Shown one piece after another: positions 1-8,069 of a stretch of DNA of 64,000 nucleotides. Each line of letters opens with the position of its first letter. The first letter of the stretch is position 1. The DNA comes from Porphyridium purpureum (taxonomy: Eukaryota), in the NCBI GenBank assembly GCA_008690995.1, contig VRMN01000003.1, positions 62,001-126,000 of the forward strand. Reading direction: 5' to 3'. The notes below the pieces were generated by a model. It did no database searches, was not told the origin of the DNA, and worked only from the letters and a program-made list of their open reading frames with translations. Made by a program: the position numbers and the translations under genes.

Positions 1-82
1 TCACAACCAAAGGAAAAAAGAATGTACTGTGTTCTCTCTGCTAAGCCAAGGGCGCGCACATGGAGATTTTAAAGCAGACGAG

Positions 83-1006
83 CTAGCGCAGCTGCATTTT
101 CTTCTCTTCTCGAGCCGATACAAGTGCAAAATTGCCGCCAGCATTGTGGCGCCGAATACAGACGAAACGACGCGTGTTGTTCGGGCTCCAGCCACATCCA
201 AACGAGACGACCTCCTGCAAGGATAGAAGCGGCTTGGACACGACGGTAATGAGCAGCGGCAGACGAAGCAAAGACGGGTTCGACGAATTCGTCCCATCAT
301 AATTTCGCTGAATGGTCTCCTGCGTCCAGGAGTTCGACTCCAGCACATAGCGCATGTTGTCAGCCATCCACCGCCCTTCAATATCTTTGGCATCCAGTGG
401 GGCCGAGTTCAAAAACGGATGTACCTCGATTCCATCTCGAGCTTCATGAGCGACGACGACCGACTTGCGCACGAGATTTTCGTACACAATCGTGATCCGC
501 GCGCGCTCACTCTGCTCGTACACGAATCCCGTGTGAATAAGCAACCGCGAGATTGACTCGGTCCCTCGCTGAGACAGATCAGACGCACCAGATGACCAGG
601 TGCCATTTCCAAAGACCACTGATCCCTCATGCTTTTCGGCCGCGCTTGGCGTGCACCCGGGAGCCCAGTCTACATCGGTGCTCAGCACGATAGATTCCTC
701 TGCCCCTGACACCAAGCGTGTCAGCGTTTCAATCCGCGACTCGCGTAGTGGTCGGCCCGAAACGCCGTCAAATTCGCATACAAAGCCACGCCATGGCGAT
801 GCGTCTGCCCCTGTGGCGCGCACACTTTCTTGCCATGACGGTGCAAGTGCGACAACCGCTGTCCGCGTCCTTTCACAATCACGACACGTGCGCCTGGGCG
901 GCAGAGGGCGAAAGCGCACGCTCGACGTCGTCGCGCTGCCGCTCACAAAAGCGACCGGGACATTCGAGTCGCCATGCCGCCAACTGAGAGAAGCGAGGAG
1001 CCTCAT
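83..1006 (-). CDS. DUF3598-like (calycin/lipocalin-like) protein, probably plastid-targeted; start uncertain (ATG 1006 or 1048)
   Basis: Motifs resembling DUF3598: VVFGNGTWSSG, TGFVYEQSERARITIVY, DIEGRW, LRLP..., GCGWSP...RFVCIRRHNAGG. The N-terminus is rich in Ser/Thr/Arg (VAFVSG). Confidence 0.5.
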   Translation of the reverse strand: MRLLASLSWRHGDSNVPVAFVSGSATTSSVRFRPLPPRRTCRDCERTRTAVVALAPSWQESVRATGADASPWRGFVCEFDGVSGRPLRESRIETLTRLVSGAEESIVLSTDVDWAPGCTPSAAEKHEGSVVFGNGTWSSGASDLSQRGTESISRLLIHTGFVYEQSERARITIVYENLVRKSVVVAHEARDGIEVHPFLNSAPLDAKDIEGRWMADNMRYVLESNSWTQETIQRNYDGTNSSNPSLLRLPLLITVVSKPLLSLQEVVSFGCGWSPNNTRRFVCIRRHNAGGNFALVSAREEKKMQLR

Positions 1007-1684
1007 GTTGACAGTCGCGTGGGCGACGTTGGCGACAGAAGCGCACATGGCGGCCCCAATGAAGCAGAAGCCAGTGAATCGCCGGGTTTGCCTTCTACCA
1101 CGCGGGCAGCAATCGGAGTGGCGATTGTCTTCCTTGCAGCGATGGGGAATATGGTCGGGCTCTTCTACAAAAATCTCGGAAAGTCCCACGGGTTAGATCA
1201 TGAGTTCAACCGGGCATTTCAACATCATTCACGCGTGAAGTCTCGGTATCAAGGGCAAGGTTCGCAGTCTGCGCCCGGCAGTGGAAATGCATGGAACCAG
1301 CACCATGAGCAGCCAGGCCAGCAGGCCAAGCAGGAGGGTCGCCAGGCTGAACAGCATCAGGCCAAGCAGCGGCAGGGGCGGCGGCAGGAGCAAGACCAAA
1401 AGGCAAGCAATTCAACCTCCGAGGATGAGCACACGCGCTGGCAGGCGCACTTTGAGGGAGTAATACGGATGCCTGCAGATCCTTACGCCGTTCTGGGACT
1501 GGACAGAAACGCGACGAACGAACAAATCAAATGGCGCTACCGGCAGCTGGCAAAGATGACACATCCTGACACTGTGCAGTCGCCAGTCGAGAAAGCGGTC
1601 GCTGAAGGTAACTTTAAGCTCGTGTCGCGGGCGTACGAGCAATTGCGCGCGTCGCGTGGAATCGGCGACGCAAGCATGAAGTGA
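974..1684 (+). CDS. DnaJ (J-domain) co-chaperone with an N-terminal hydrophobic segment
   Basis: C-terminal J domain DPYAVLGL...YRQLAKMTHPD...FKLVSRAYEQL with the HPD motif intact. The start could be ATG 974 or 1142. Confidence 0.85.
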   Translation: MPPTERSEEPHVDSRVGDVGDRSAHGGPNEAEASESPGLPSTTRAAIGVAIVFLAAMGNMVGLFYKNLGKSHGLDHEFNRAFQHHSRVKSRYQGQGSQSAPGSGNAWNQHHEQPGQQAKQEGRQAEQHQAKQRQGRRQEQDQKASNSTSEDEHTRWQAHFEGVIRMPADPYAVLGLDRNATNEQIKWRYRQLAKMTHPDTVQSPVEKAVAEGNFKLVSRAYEQLRASRGIGDASMK

Positions 1685-1717
1685 GCTACAATTTTTTTCC
1701 TAATCTATTTCGTCAAA

Positions 1718-2920
1718 CTATTTGCTTGAAGTGTCTTCCCGCTCCAGCAACTCGATCGTGTCGATTTGGACGAAAAAGCTCGAGTAGTGCTCAGGCCGCA
1801 AAAGCACAAGACCTTCGGCGGGTGAGAGTGGAGATGGGAATGCCAGGCGCGCGTGAATAAGCGTTTGTGAGCTGACCACAGCGATCAGTCCCAGGAAGTA
1901 ACAAGTTAGTGAGAAGCGGTCTGACGCACGGTACTCACCGCAAAATATGCCTCCGCAGATCGATACATACGCTATCCACGAGCCCTGCGAACGGCTTACC
2001 ACTAGCCGCGCGTCGTACTTCTCAAGCGCGTTCGCAATGGACATGAGCCTGTAAGCGAAAGACGCCACAATGCCAATCAAAATGGACCCAATCAGAATCA
2101 ACTCATTCAAGCTGACGGCGTAATTGCGCGACTGCGGATCCAGCGAAAATAGATACAGCATGTCCGTGATAGAAACCTTGATGAGAATGTCAGACTGACA
2201 CGTCCAGTACGCGGTGCTGACAAAATAGAGTAGCACCAAGAGTTCCTGGGACGCTGGACCCAAGTCCGAGCTCGCCTTGTAATTTTGATACGCAATGTAG
2301 CACAGCACGCTGAACGAGCTCAAAAATAGCTGTGTGCACACAAAGACAGGTTCGCCAACGATGGCCGGCATTTGCGCAGACCGGATGAATGTCACTTGTC
2401 GAGGACCAAAAACCAAAACCACGACCATCCCCAGGAAGTACACGGCAATGTAGTTGGAAAGCGAGCCGATGGAAAGCCGGAAACCTGTGACCCTGGAAAA
2501 GAGCCTGTTTGTAAACACTTGAAGAATTGTCTGAAGGCTCATGAGCGAGCCACAGACGCCGAGCGGCAGTAAGAAGAGCAGCACCGTGCGGAGCAAAACG
2601 GCAATGATAAACAAAACAGCGCCCCAATTCCCGAGTGACAAAACTGGCTCGTCATTGTAGATGTTTGCGGTGACTGCAGATTCCATGCTTGTTTGCGTGC
2701 GTTGTTGTTGTTGCGGTTGTGGTGGTTGTTGTTGCTGCTGCTGCTGCAGATGATGATCGCTGCGCTCAGCGCGCGCCCCATGTTCCCTCATCGCTTGGTA
2801 CTGCAATGCCGTGCATGCGCCAGCTCCGCACAGTGATGCCAGCAGCCCCAGCGGTACACCCACGAGCCATGCCGTACCGTGGGGCTCTGCTTGCCCGGCA
2901 ACGACGTCGGCAAGCCACAT
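1718..2920 (-). CDS. NIPA-like (DMT superfamily) multi-pass membrane protein, putative Mg2+ transporter
   Basis: About 9 hydrophobic segments; VLVFGP and ALEKYDARLVV...ICGGIFCGEY resemble NIPA motifs; polyQ in the N-terminal loop. First ATG is at 2920. Confidence 0.6.
   Translation of the reverse strand: MWLADVVAGQAEPHGTAWLVGVPLGLLASLCGAGACTALQYQAMREHGARAERSDHHLQQQQQQQPPQPQQQQRTQTSMESAVTANIYNDEPVLSLGNWGAVLFIIAVLLRTVLLFLLPLGVCGSLMSLQTILQVFTNRLFSRVTGFRLSIGSLSNYIAVYFLGMVVVLVFGPRQVTFIRSAQMPAIVGEPVFVCTQLFLSSFSVLCYIAYQNYKASSDLGPASQELLVLLYFVSTAYWTCQSDILIKVSITDMLYLFSLDPQSRNYAVSLNELILIGSILIGIVASFAYRLMSIANALEKYDARLVVSRSQGSWIAYVSICGGIFCGEYRASDRFSLTCYFLGLIAVVSSQTLIHARLAFPSPLSPAEGLVLLRPEHYSSFFVQIDTIELLEREDTSSK
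2701..2748. repeat. (CAG)n/(CAA)n trinucleotide microsatellite encoding polyQ
   Basis: gttgttgttgttg...gttgttgttgctgctgctgctg on the + strand. Confidence 0.85.
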
Positions 2921-3092
2921 GGTCCCGACTGCACGCACCACGCACCATCTCCGCGCAAACGCCGAGGCCAGCCGCACGGTTGACTGAGTACAGCGATGTA
3001 CCCCTTTCGTGCGGATGGGTACAGTTTTCCGTGCGCCTCTCAAACGGGCAGGGGTACAGTTTGCAAATCTCTAGTAGAATCGACTGGATTTC

Positions 3093-3889
3093 CGTGGAAT
3101 TTTAGGGTTCCGCCCCGAGAGACGCCGTAGGGTTTTGAGTACAAAACCCTAGAAAGTTCTATGATGAAAGATTGTTCGAGAAGCGTGATGATCTCGGACC
3201 TGCGAAATGTTTGTCATTGTCGTTTTGTGTGGCCTTGTGCAAAGGTCAAAGGCCGGCCGAAGCTTCTGGATTCGTTCTTGACGCGCCCTCCCGGCCATTT
3301 TCCGGATACGTGGCCGGCTGTGGTTGCGAGTTGTGGAACGAATCAAAACCTGTGGTGGAAATTCGTCCTGTTGGAGAAATTTGTTCTCCCGTCCTTGCTG
3401 GAAAGAGCAAGGACGAAGGGTATAAAAGGACGAAGGGGCAAGCTGGTTCCCAGGAATTTCCAGGTCAAGGTAGAAGAAGAGGTAAGGGCAAATAGAATAA
3501 AAAGAGAATTGGTTAGTTGGATTGAGGCAGTCGTTGGAAGACTTGGGTTGGATTTGCGGGAGAGGCACGCTAGCGTGTTGTGCGAGCGGATATCGGTCTG
3601 GAGTGTTTTTAAAAAGGCAGCTGGGGTTTAAACGTACCTTCCATCACCCTTCACTTGTCAAGACCGGTCCACTCCCTCTCGTAGTCCCCTATAAGTTGAA
3701 TTTTCTGTCCTCTCTTCCTTTCTAGCCACTTTTCTCTGATTGTCCTGCTTGTCCTTCCGTTCGTTTCGGTGTGTCGGTTCGTCGTCGGTTTGTCAGTTTC
3801 CGGGGTGTGGCGGTTTCCAGTTCCTGTTATCGGTGAAGCGGTCCGGTTTTGTTGATTCGGTTACAAAGCAGAAAGGGAGAAATTCCAAG
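3093..3889 (+). repeat. 5' LTR (CGTGGAATTT...AAATTCCAAG)
   Basis: Matches 8057-8853 at offset 4964; by eye I see one mismatch (T3150 vs C8114). Confidence 0.97.
3421..3427 (+). promoter_or_regulatory. Putative LTR TATA box TATAAAA (copy at 8385-8391); AATAAA at 3496-3501
   Basis: GGG-TATAAAA-GG in the middle of the LTR, the usual U3 position. Confidence 0.55.
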
Positions 3890-3907
3890 TGGTATCATCG
3901 CCCGGTT
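3890..3907 (+). other. Primer binding site complementary to the 3' end of initiator tRNA-Met
   Basis: TGGTATCATCGCCCGGTT directly abuts the 5' LTR. Its reverse complement AACCGGG-CGATGAT-A-CCA has the layout of a tRNA T-arm/acceptor 3' end and parallels the plant iMet PBS TGGTATCAGAGC. Confidence 0.85.
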
Positions 3908-3918
3908 GTTTGGAGAAA

Positions 3919-4866
3919 ATGGAAAGCCATGAAATGGAAATGAATGTCCCGCAGGAGAATGCGGCATGGATTGAGGCAGCTAATCAGCTGCATGCGCGCA
4001 TTGCGGGACAGGAGATGATGATGGCACAAGTGCAGGAAGCGAATCGTAACCTCCATGAAATGATGCATGTTTTGTTGCGCCAGCAGACCGTGGCGTCTGG
4101 GTCTGGTGACAACGATCGTGCCATGGCCGCGTTAATTGGGCGCAGTTTGAGAAAGTTTGATGGTCAGCGTGACAAGCTCGTTGTCAATGAATGGCTGATG
4201 CGAATGAAGAGCGACCTGGATATCTGCATGCCCGCAGATGCTTTGGACTCGCAGAAAGTGATTGTTGCAAGTCGCTTTTTCGAGAGGGACGCAGCGCTGC
4301 TTTGGGCAGCTCGTCCGGAGGAGCAGAGAAAGGGCCTTGCAGAGGCCGGATGGGATGCGTTCGCAAACTTCGTGCGCACAGCGTTTGAGCCGCCGCAGGC
4401 GCATTTGACAGCGCGCACCAATCTGTATCAGTTGAAGCAAGGGAAAATGACGGTCGCAGAATTTGAGCAGAATCTCAGGATGACAGCGTTATCAGTTGAA
4501 GATGTGACAGATGCAGAACTGAACACCATCTTCACGCTGGGCTTGAAGGAGAAACTGCGTATTGAGGTGGCCCGTCAGGACACAAGGACCTTGGAAGAAT
4601 CACTGAAAGTTGCGTTGGCAGCTGAGCAGGTTGCAAAGTTCGGAGGAGATATGAGTCAAGTGATCAAGAACTCGTCATCGACTCATAGCAGGGCGTTCTC
4701 GTCGCATTCTGGTAGCGCACCAATGGATTTGGGAGCCATGGACAAGCGGAAGTCTGGCAAGACCAAAGTGAAGTGTTACCATTGTGGAGAACGTGGACAC
4801 ATTAAGCCCAAATGCCCTAAATTGAAGGAGCGCTTGGCAGGTGGTCCGCCAGAGCCGGAAAACTAA
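3919..4866 (+). CDS. gag: Retrotransposon Gag (capsid-like domain plus CCHC zinc knuckle)
   Basis: KFDG...WL...A..W...W..F...F; LYQLKQGKMTVAEF; FTLGLKEKLR; APMDLG; CYHCGERGHIKPKC. Confidence 0.93.
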   Translation: MESHEMEMNVPQENAAWIEAANQLHARIAGQEMMMAQVQEANRNLHEMMHVLLRQQTVASGSGDNDRAMAALIGRSLRKFDGQRDKLVVNEWLMRMKSDLDICMPADALDSQKVIVASRFFERDAALLWAARPEEQRKGLAEAGWDAFANFVRTAFEPPQAHLTARTNLYQLKQGKMTVAEFEQNLRMTALSVEDVTDAELNTIFTLGLKEKLRIEVARQDTRTLEESLKVALAAEQVAKFGGDMSQVIKNSSSTHSRAFSSHSGSAPMDLGAMDKRKSGKTKVKCYHCGERGHIKPKCPKLKERLAGGPPEPEN

Positions 4867-4918
4867 GACCTCGAGAGCCAAGACAGGAGGAGATCTCGAG
4901 GGGAATGGAGCCTCCTGT
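4857..4918 (+). promoter_or_regulatory. -1 programmed ribosomal frameshift signal: slippery G_GAA_AAC plus H-type pseudoknot
   Basis: Heptamer at 4857-4863 just before the gag TAA; 5-nt spacer; stem 1 CCTCGAGA (4869-76)/TCTCGAGG (4894-4901); stem 2 ACAGGAGG (4883-90)/CCTCCTGT (4911-18). The -1 frame is open into pol. Confidence 0.8.
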
Positions 4919-7900
4919 AATGGGTGTTGTGGAAGGTGTTGCGCACGAGGGTGCGAGGTCAAGGCTCTTCTACAAACATGGGAAAGTGAGTGGTTCAAAA
5001 ATCGACTTCTTGATTGACAGTGGAGCGTCGCATAATTTCCTGGGGTCCCGATTCTTGGACGCAAGCGTAAAGTCCAGTTGCGATGAATGCATGGTCGAGC
5101 TTGCGGGAGGACAGAGAATGAAGGTGCACGGCCCCATTGTGCTTGCGGTGGACCTCGGTTTCTGGATAGGGAACGTCGAGTTTTATATCGGTCCCATTCG
5201 TATGGATGCCATCTTAGGGTGGAAATGGCTCAAGATGGTGAATCCTAAGATTGATTGGCAGAAGGGACTGATGGAAACGAGGCCCGAGGGGAAGGAAATA
5301 TGCACGTTGGAAAATGTTGAAGAAGTGGTTCCCGAGCTTGACGGGAAAAATCAGAGCGTGGCTGCTTCGGAACACGAGTTGACTCACATGCCTATGCAAA
5401 GAGACTGTGAGACGTGTGTCGTGGCGAAGATAAAGCGACGCCCGGCCCGAAGGCTGGAGAAAGATGTCAGTGCATTGTCATTCAATGATGAAGTCGGAAT
5501 TGACTTGGTGGAGCCTGGGCGAAATGTGAAGTCGGTAGATGGTTCAAAGTTTATTTTGACGCATATCGACAGAGCCACAGGATGGGTGACATTGGCGGGG
5601 CTACGTGCGAAAACCCACACGGCGGTTGCGGACGCTTGGAAAAGTGTGCAAGCCGGGAGAGGATGGCCGAAGGTTTTGCGAACGGATGATGGGAATGAGT
5701 TCAAGGGAGATGTGGGGAGACTGGTGCGTGAACACCTCATAAAGCACGAGGTGGGGATTCCGTACAGGCCAAACAGTCATGCTGAACAGGAGCGGTTTCA
5801 CCACACGCTGAATCAGGGAATCCGTGCGAATCTTGTGCAGGCCGGACTCGGGAAGCGTTGGTTCATGCACGCCGCGCAGCATTTTGCGTTCATGACGAAT
5901 AGACTTCACGTGGGCAGGAAGTCTGGAAAGACGCCGTTTGAATTACGACATGGTGAAAAATGGTCGCCGAGAAATCTTAGTTTGCCATTCGGGTGCAAGG
6001 TGGTCTACAAAGATGATCAGCCTGACAATAAGTATGCACCGCGAGGAAAAGTTGGCATTCTCGTCGGCGTTGGAGAGCATCCGATGGCAATTTTGGTGCT
6101 TCCTCGGGATGACTGGACGAGTGAGACCCCAAAAGTAATTCGCACTCAGGATTTTAAGGCATTTACCCATGAGTTCCCTTTAAAGGGAATTGAACGAGAG
6201 ATGGTGAGCCTGAGCCAGCAGGAAGAGTTGCCAGAAGTGGACGAACCATCCGCGGTTGAAGCGGTGCAGGACTTGGATCGTCGTATCGATGCTCTCAGAG
6301 CTAGAGAAGCGGAGCTTGAGAAAGAGATCGAGGCATTGAAAGTGAGAGTGGTTGACGAAGAACGGGCAGCAGGCACGGGTGGTCCAGTGACGATCCCACA
6401 GTTGAACTTAACGACTTTGCTGAAAACTGGAGCGGCGTTGGCGTCTGAGCAAGGACGAGCCGCGATGGAAAAAGAAGTCAAATCCATGCTGAAATTTGGG
6501 GTATGGGATGAGAGTCCCTTGACGCTGGAGGAGGCCCGGAGGCAACCTGGTGCTCGTTTCGTACGCACACATTTCATTTTCGGTCTGAAATTTGCTGAGA
6601 TGCCGGAAGAATTTCGCAAGGTGAAGTGCCGCTTGGTGGCCGGGGGAAACAGGATATGGGGGTCCGATGGAGCTGCGACGAATGACATTTTTGATTATGA
6701 GACGCCTGCTGGTTTGTCAGCTATCCGAATGATAATAGCTGTGGCTGCAATTCTGGGCCTTCAGATTGTTAGTTTCGACATCAGCTCGGCATACCTCCAT
6801 GCGGACCTGTCTGGGCCACCTACGTTTGCATATTTACCGCGTGAAATTTGTGATTCAAAAGACACAGTAGTCAGGCTGAGAAAGGCGCTGTATGGCTTGC
6901 CCAGGAGCGGCTCGGATTTCTCACAAGATGCTCGGAGGAGATTGCAAAAGTTCCAGTGGAAGCTCGTGCATGGTGAAAAGAATGTGTACGTCCGGAGAAA
7001 TGCTGCAAGTTCGTCAGTTGCGTTGTTGGCTCTGTACGTGGATGATGGTCTATTAGCCTGTCGAGAGGAGGAACGCCCAGGAATCATCGAAGAATTGAAA
7101 CAAGAGTTTCTCATAGAAAAAGCACCAGAACTATTGACGGAAGGAGGATCCTTGAGATTCCTGGGGACGAGCATTTCCCTCAAAAATGGGAGCGTGAGTT
7201 TGGCGAATCAAGAGTATCAAGATGTGGTCATTCGGGAATTTGAGCAGGATATTAGACGCGTATTGCGTGCCGTGAAGTCACCATCTGAGAAGCTAGATGG
7301 CGAGGAAGTTCTGAATTATCAAGTCATCTGGAAGACTTTGAAAGTAAGAGAACACGTCGGGAGGCTGATGTGGCTCGCCAGAACGGTTCGACCTGATATT
7401 GCGTATGCAGTCGGTATGATTGCCCGGTACGTTGACAAGTGGAATGTGGCAGCAGAAAGGCTGCTCGTACGAGTCGTGCAGTATTTGAAAACACCTCGGG
7501 AAGCATTGGAGTATCACGTGTTGGGGAATCTCAAGGAAGGCATCAGAATGGTGAACATTCTTGGATACACGGATGCTGACTTTGCTGGTTGTCCAGAGAG
7601 TCGTGTGTCGACTTCTGGAAGAGCAACGTACTTAGTTGCTGGAGATTACAAGTACCTAGTGGATTGGTCTTCAAGAAAGCAGCGTTTCGTGAGCTCGTCG
7701 ACTTCAGAGTCGGAGCTGGCCGCCCTAGAGGAAACTGTGCAACTCTCGTTGTTTCCTGCATTGTCTTTCTTGCGAAGTATACGTGACGGAGAGTTCTCGG
7801 TGATTTTGATGTGTGACAATCAAGCTGTGATGCGAGCAATAGAGATGGGGTACTCGCCAAAGTTGCATCATATGGCGATAACCCGAGCAACAGATTTGGC

Positions 7901-8069
7901 CTGGTTGCATCAGGTGTGCGAAAAGCAGAAACTTGTGAAACTGGCATTTGTGAAGACGGACGAAAATGTGGCGGACTTAATGACCAAGGCCTTATTTCCG
8001 GAGGGCCACATTAAGTGCTGGGAGAAGTTACGCGTCCCTCAGACCGGAAGGAGGAGCGTGGAATTTTAG
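4905..8069 (+). CDS. pol: Retrotransposon Pol: protease - integrase - reverse transcriptase - RNase H (copia order); frame open from the slip site at about 4857
   Basis: PR FLIDSGASHNF...ILGWKWL..VNPKIDW; IN HELTH..CETC, IDLVE, RTDDGNEF, QERFHHTL, PFGC...RGKVGILVG; RT KCRLVAGG, FDISSAYLHADL, LRKALYGL, LYVDD; RH YTDADFAG, STSESEL, CDNQA, ENVADLMTKAL. Confidence 0.96.
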   Translation: MEPPVMGVVEGVAHEGARSRLFYKHGKVSGSKIDFLIDSGASHNFLGSRFLDASVKSSCDECMVELAGGQRMKVHGPIVLAVDLGFWIGNVEFYIGPIRMDAILGWKWLKMVNPKIDWQKGLMETRPEGKEICTLENVEEVVPELDGKNQSVAASEHELTHMPMQRDCETCVVAKIKRRPARRLEKDVSALSFNDEVGIDLVEPGRNVKSVDGSKFILTHIDRATGWVTLAGLRAKTHTAVADAWKSVQAGRGWPKVLRTDDGNEFKGDVGRLVREHLIKHEVGIPYRPNSHAEQERFHHTLNQGIRANLVQAGLGKRWFMHAAQHFAFMTNRLHVGRKSGKTPFELRHGEKWSPRNLSLPFGCKVVYKDDQPDNKYAPRGKVGILVGVGEHPMAILVLPRDDWTSETPKVIRTQDFKAFTHEFPLKGIEREMVSLSQQEELPEVDEPSAVEAVQDLDRRIDALRAREAELEKEIEALKVRVVDEERAAGTGGPVTIPQLNLTTLLKTGAALASEQGRAAMEKEVKSMLKFGVWDESPLTLEEARRQPGARFVRTHFIFGLKFAEMPEEFRKVKCRLVAGGNRIWGSDGAATNDIFDYETPAGLSAIRMIIAVAAILGLQIVSFDISSAYLHADLSGPPTFAYLPREICDSKDTVVRLRKALYGLPRSGSDFSQDARRRLQKFQWKLVHGEKNVYVRRNAASSSVALLALYVDDGLLACREEERPGIIEELKQEFLIEKAPELLTEGGSLRFLGTSISLKNGSVSLANQEYQDVVIREFEQDIRRVLRAVKSPSEKLDGEEVLNYQVIWKTLKVREHVGRLMWLARTVRPDIAYAVGMIARYVDKWNVAAERLLVRVVQYLKTPREALEYHVLGNLKEGIRMVNILGYTDADFAGCPESRVSTSGRATYLVAGDYKYLVDWSSRKQRFVSSSTSESELAALEETVQLSLFPALSFLRSIRDGEFSVILMCDNQAVMRAIEMGYSPKLHHMAITRATDLAWLHQVCEKQKLVKLAFVKTDENVADLMTKALFPEGHIKCWEKLRVPQTGRRSVEF
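8046..8056 (+). other. Polypurine tract
   Basis: GGAAGGAGGAG directly abuts the 3' LTR start (C8057) and lies inside the pol coding frame. Confidence 0.85.

Noticed and set aside
3161..3631. 156-aa ORF and antisense ORFs inside each LTR (also 8125-8595)
   Set aside because: They are duplicated only because the LTR is duplicated, they span the TATA region, and they have no recognisable domain.
3482..3725. Possible intron within the LTR (GTAAGG ... pyrimidine tract-TAG)
   Set aside because: No convincing branch site; pyrimidine-rich U5 regions are common; cannot be supported without transcripts.
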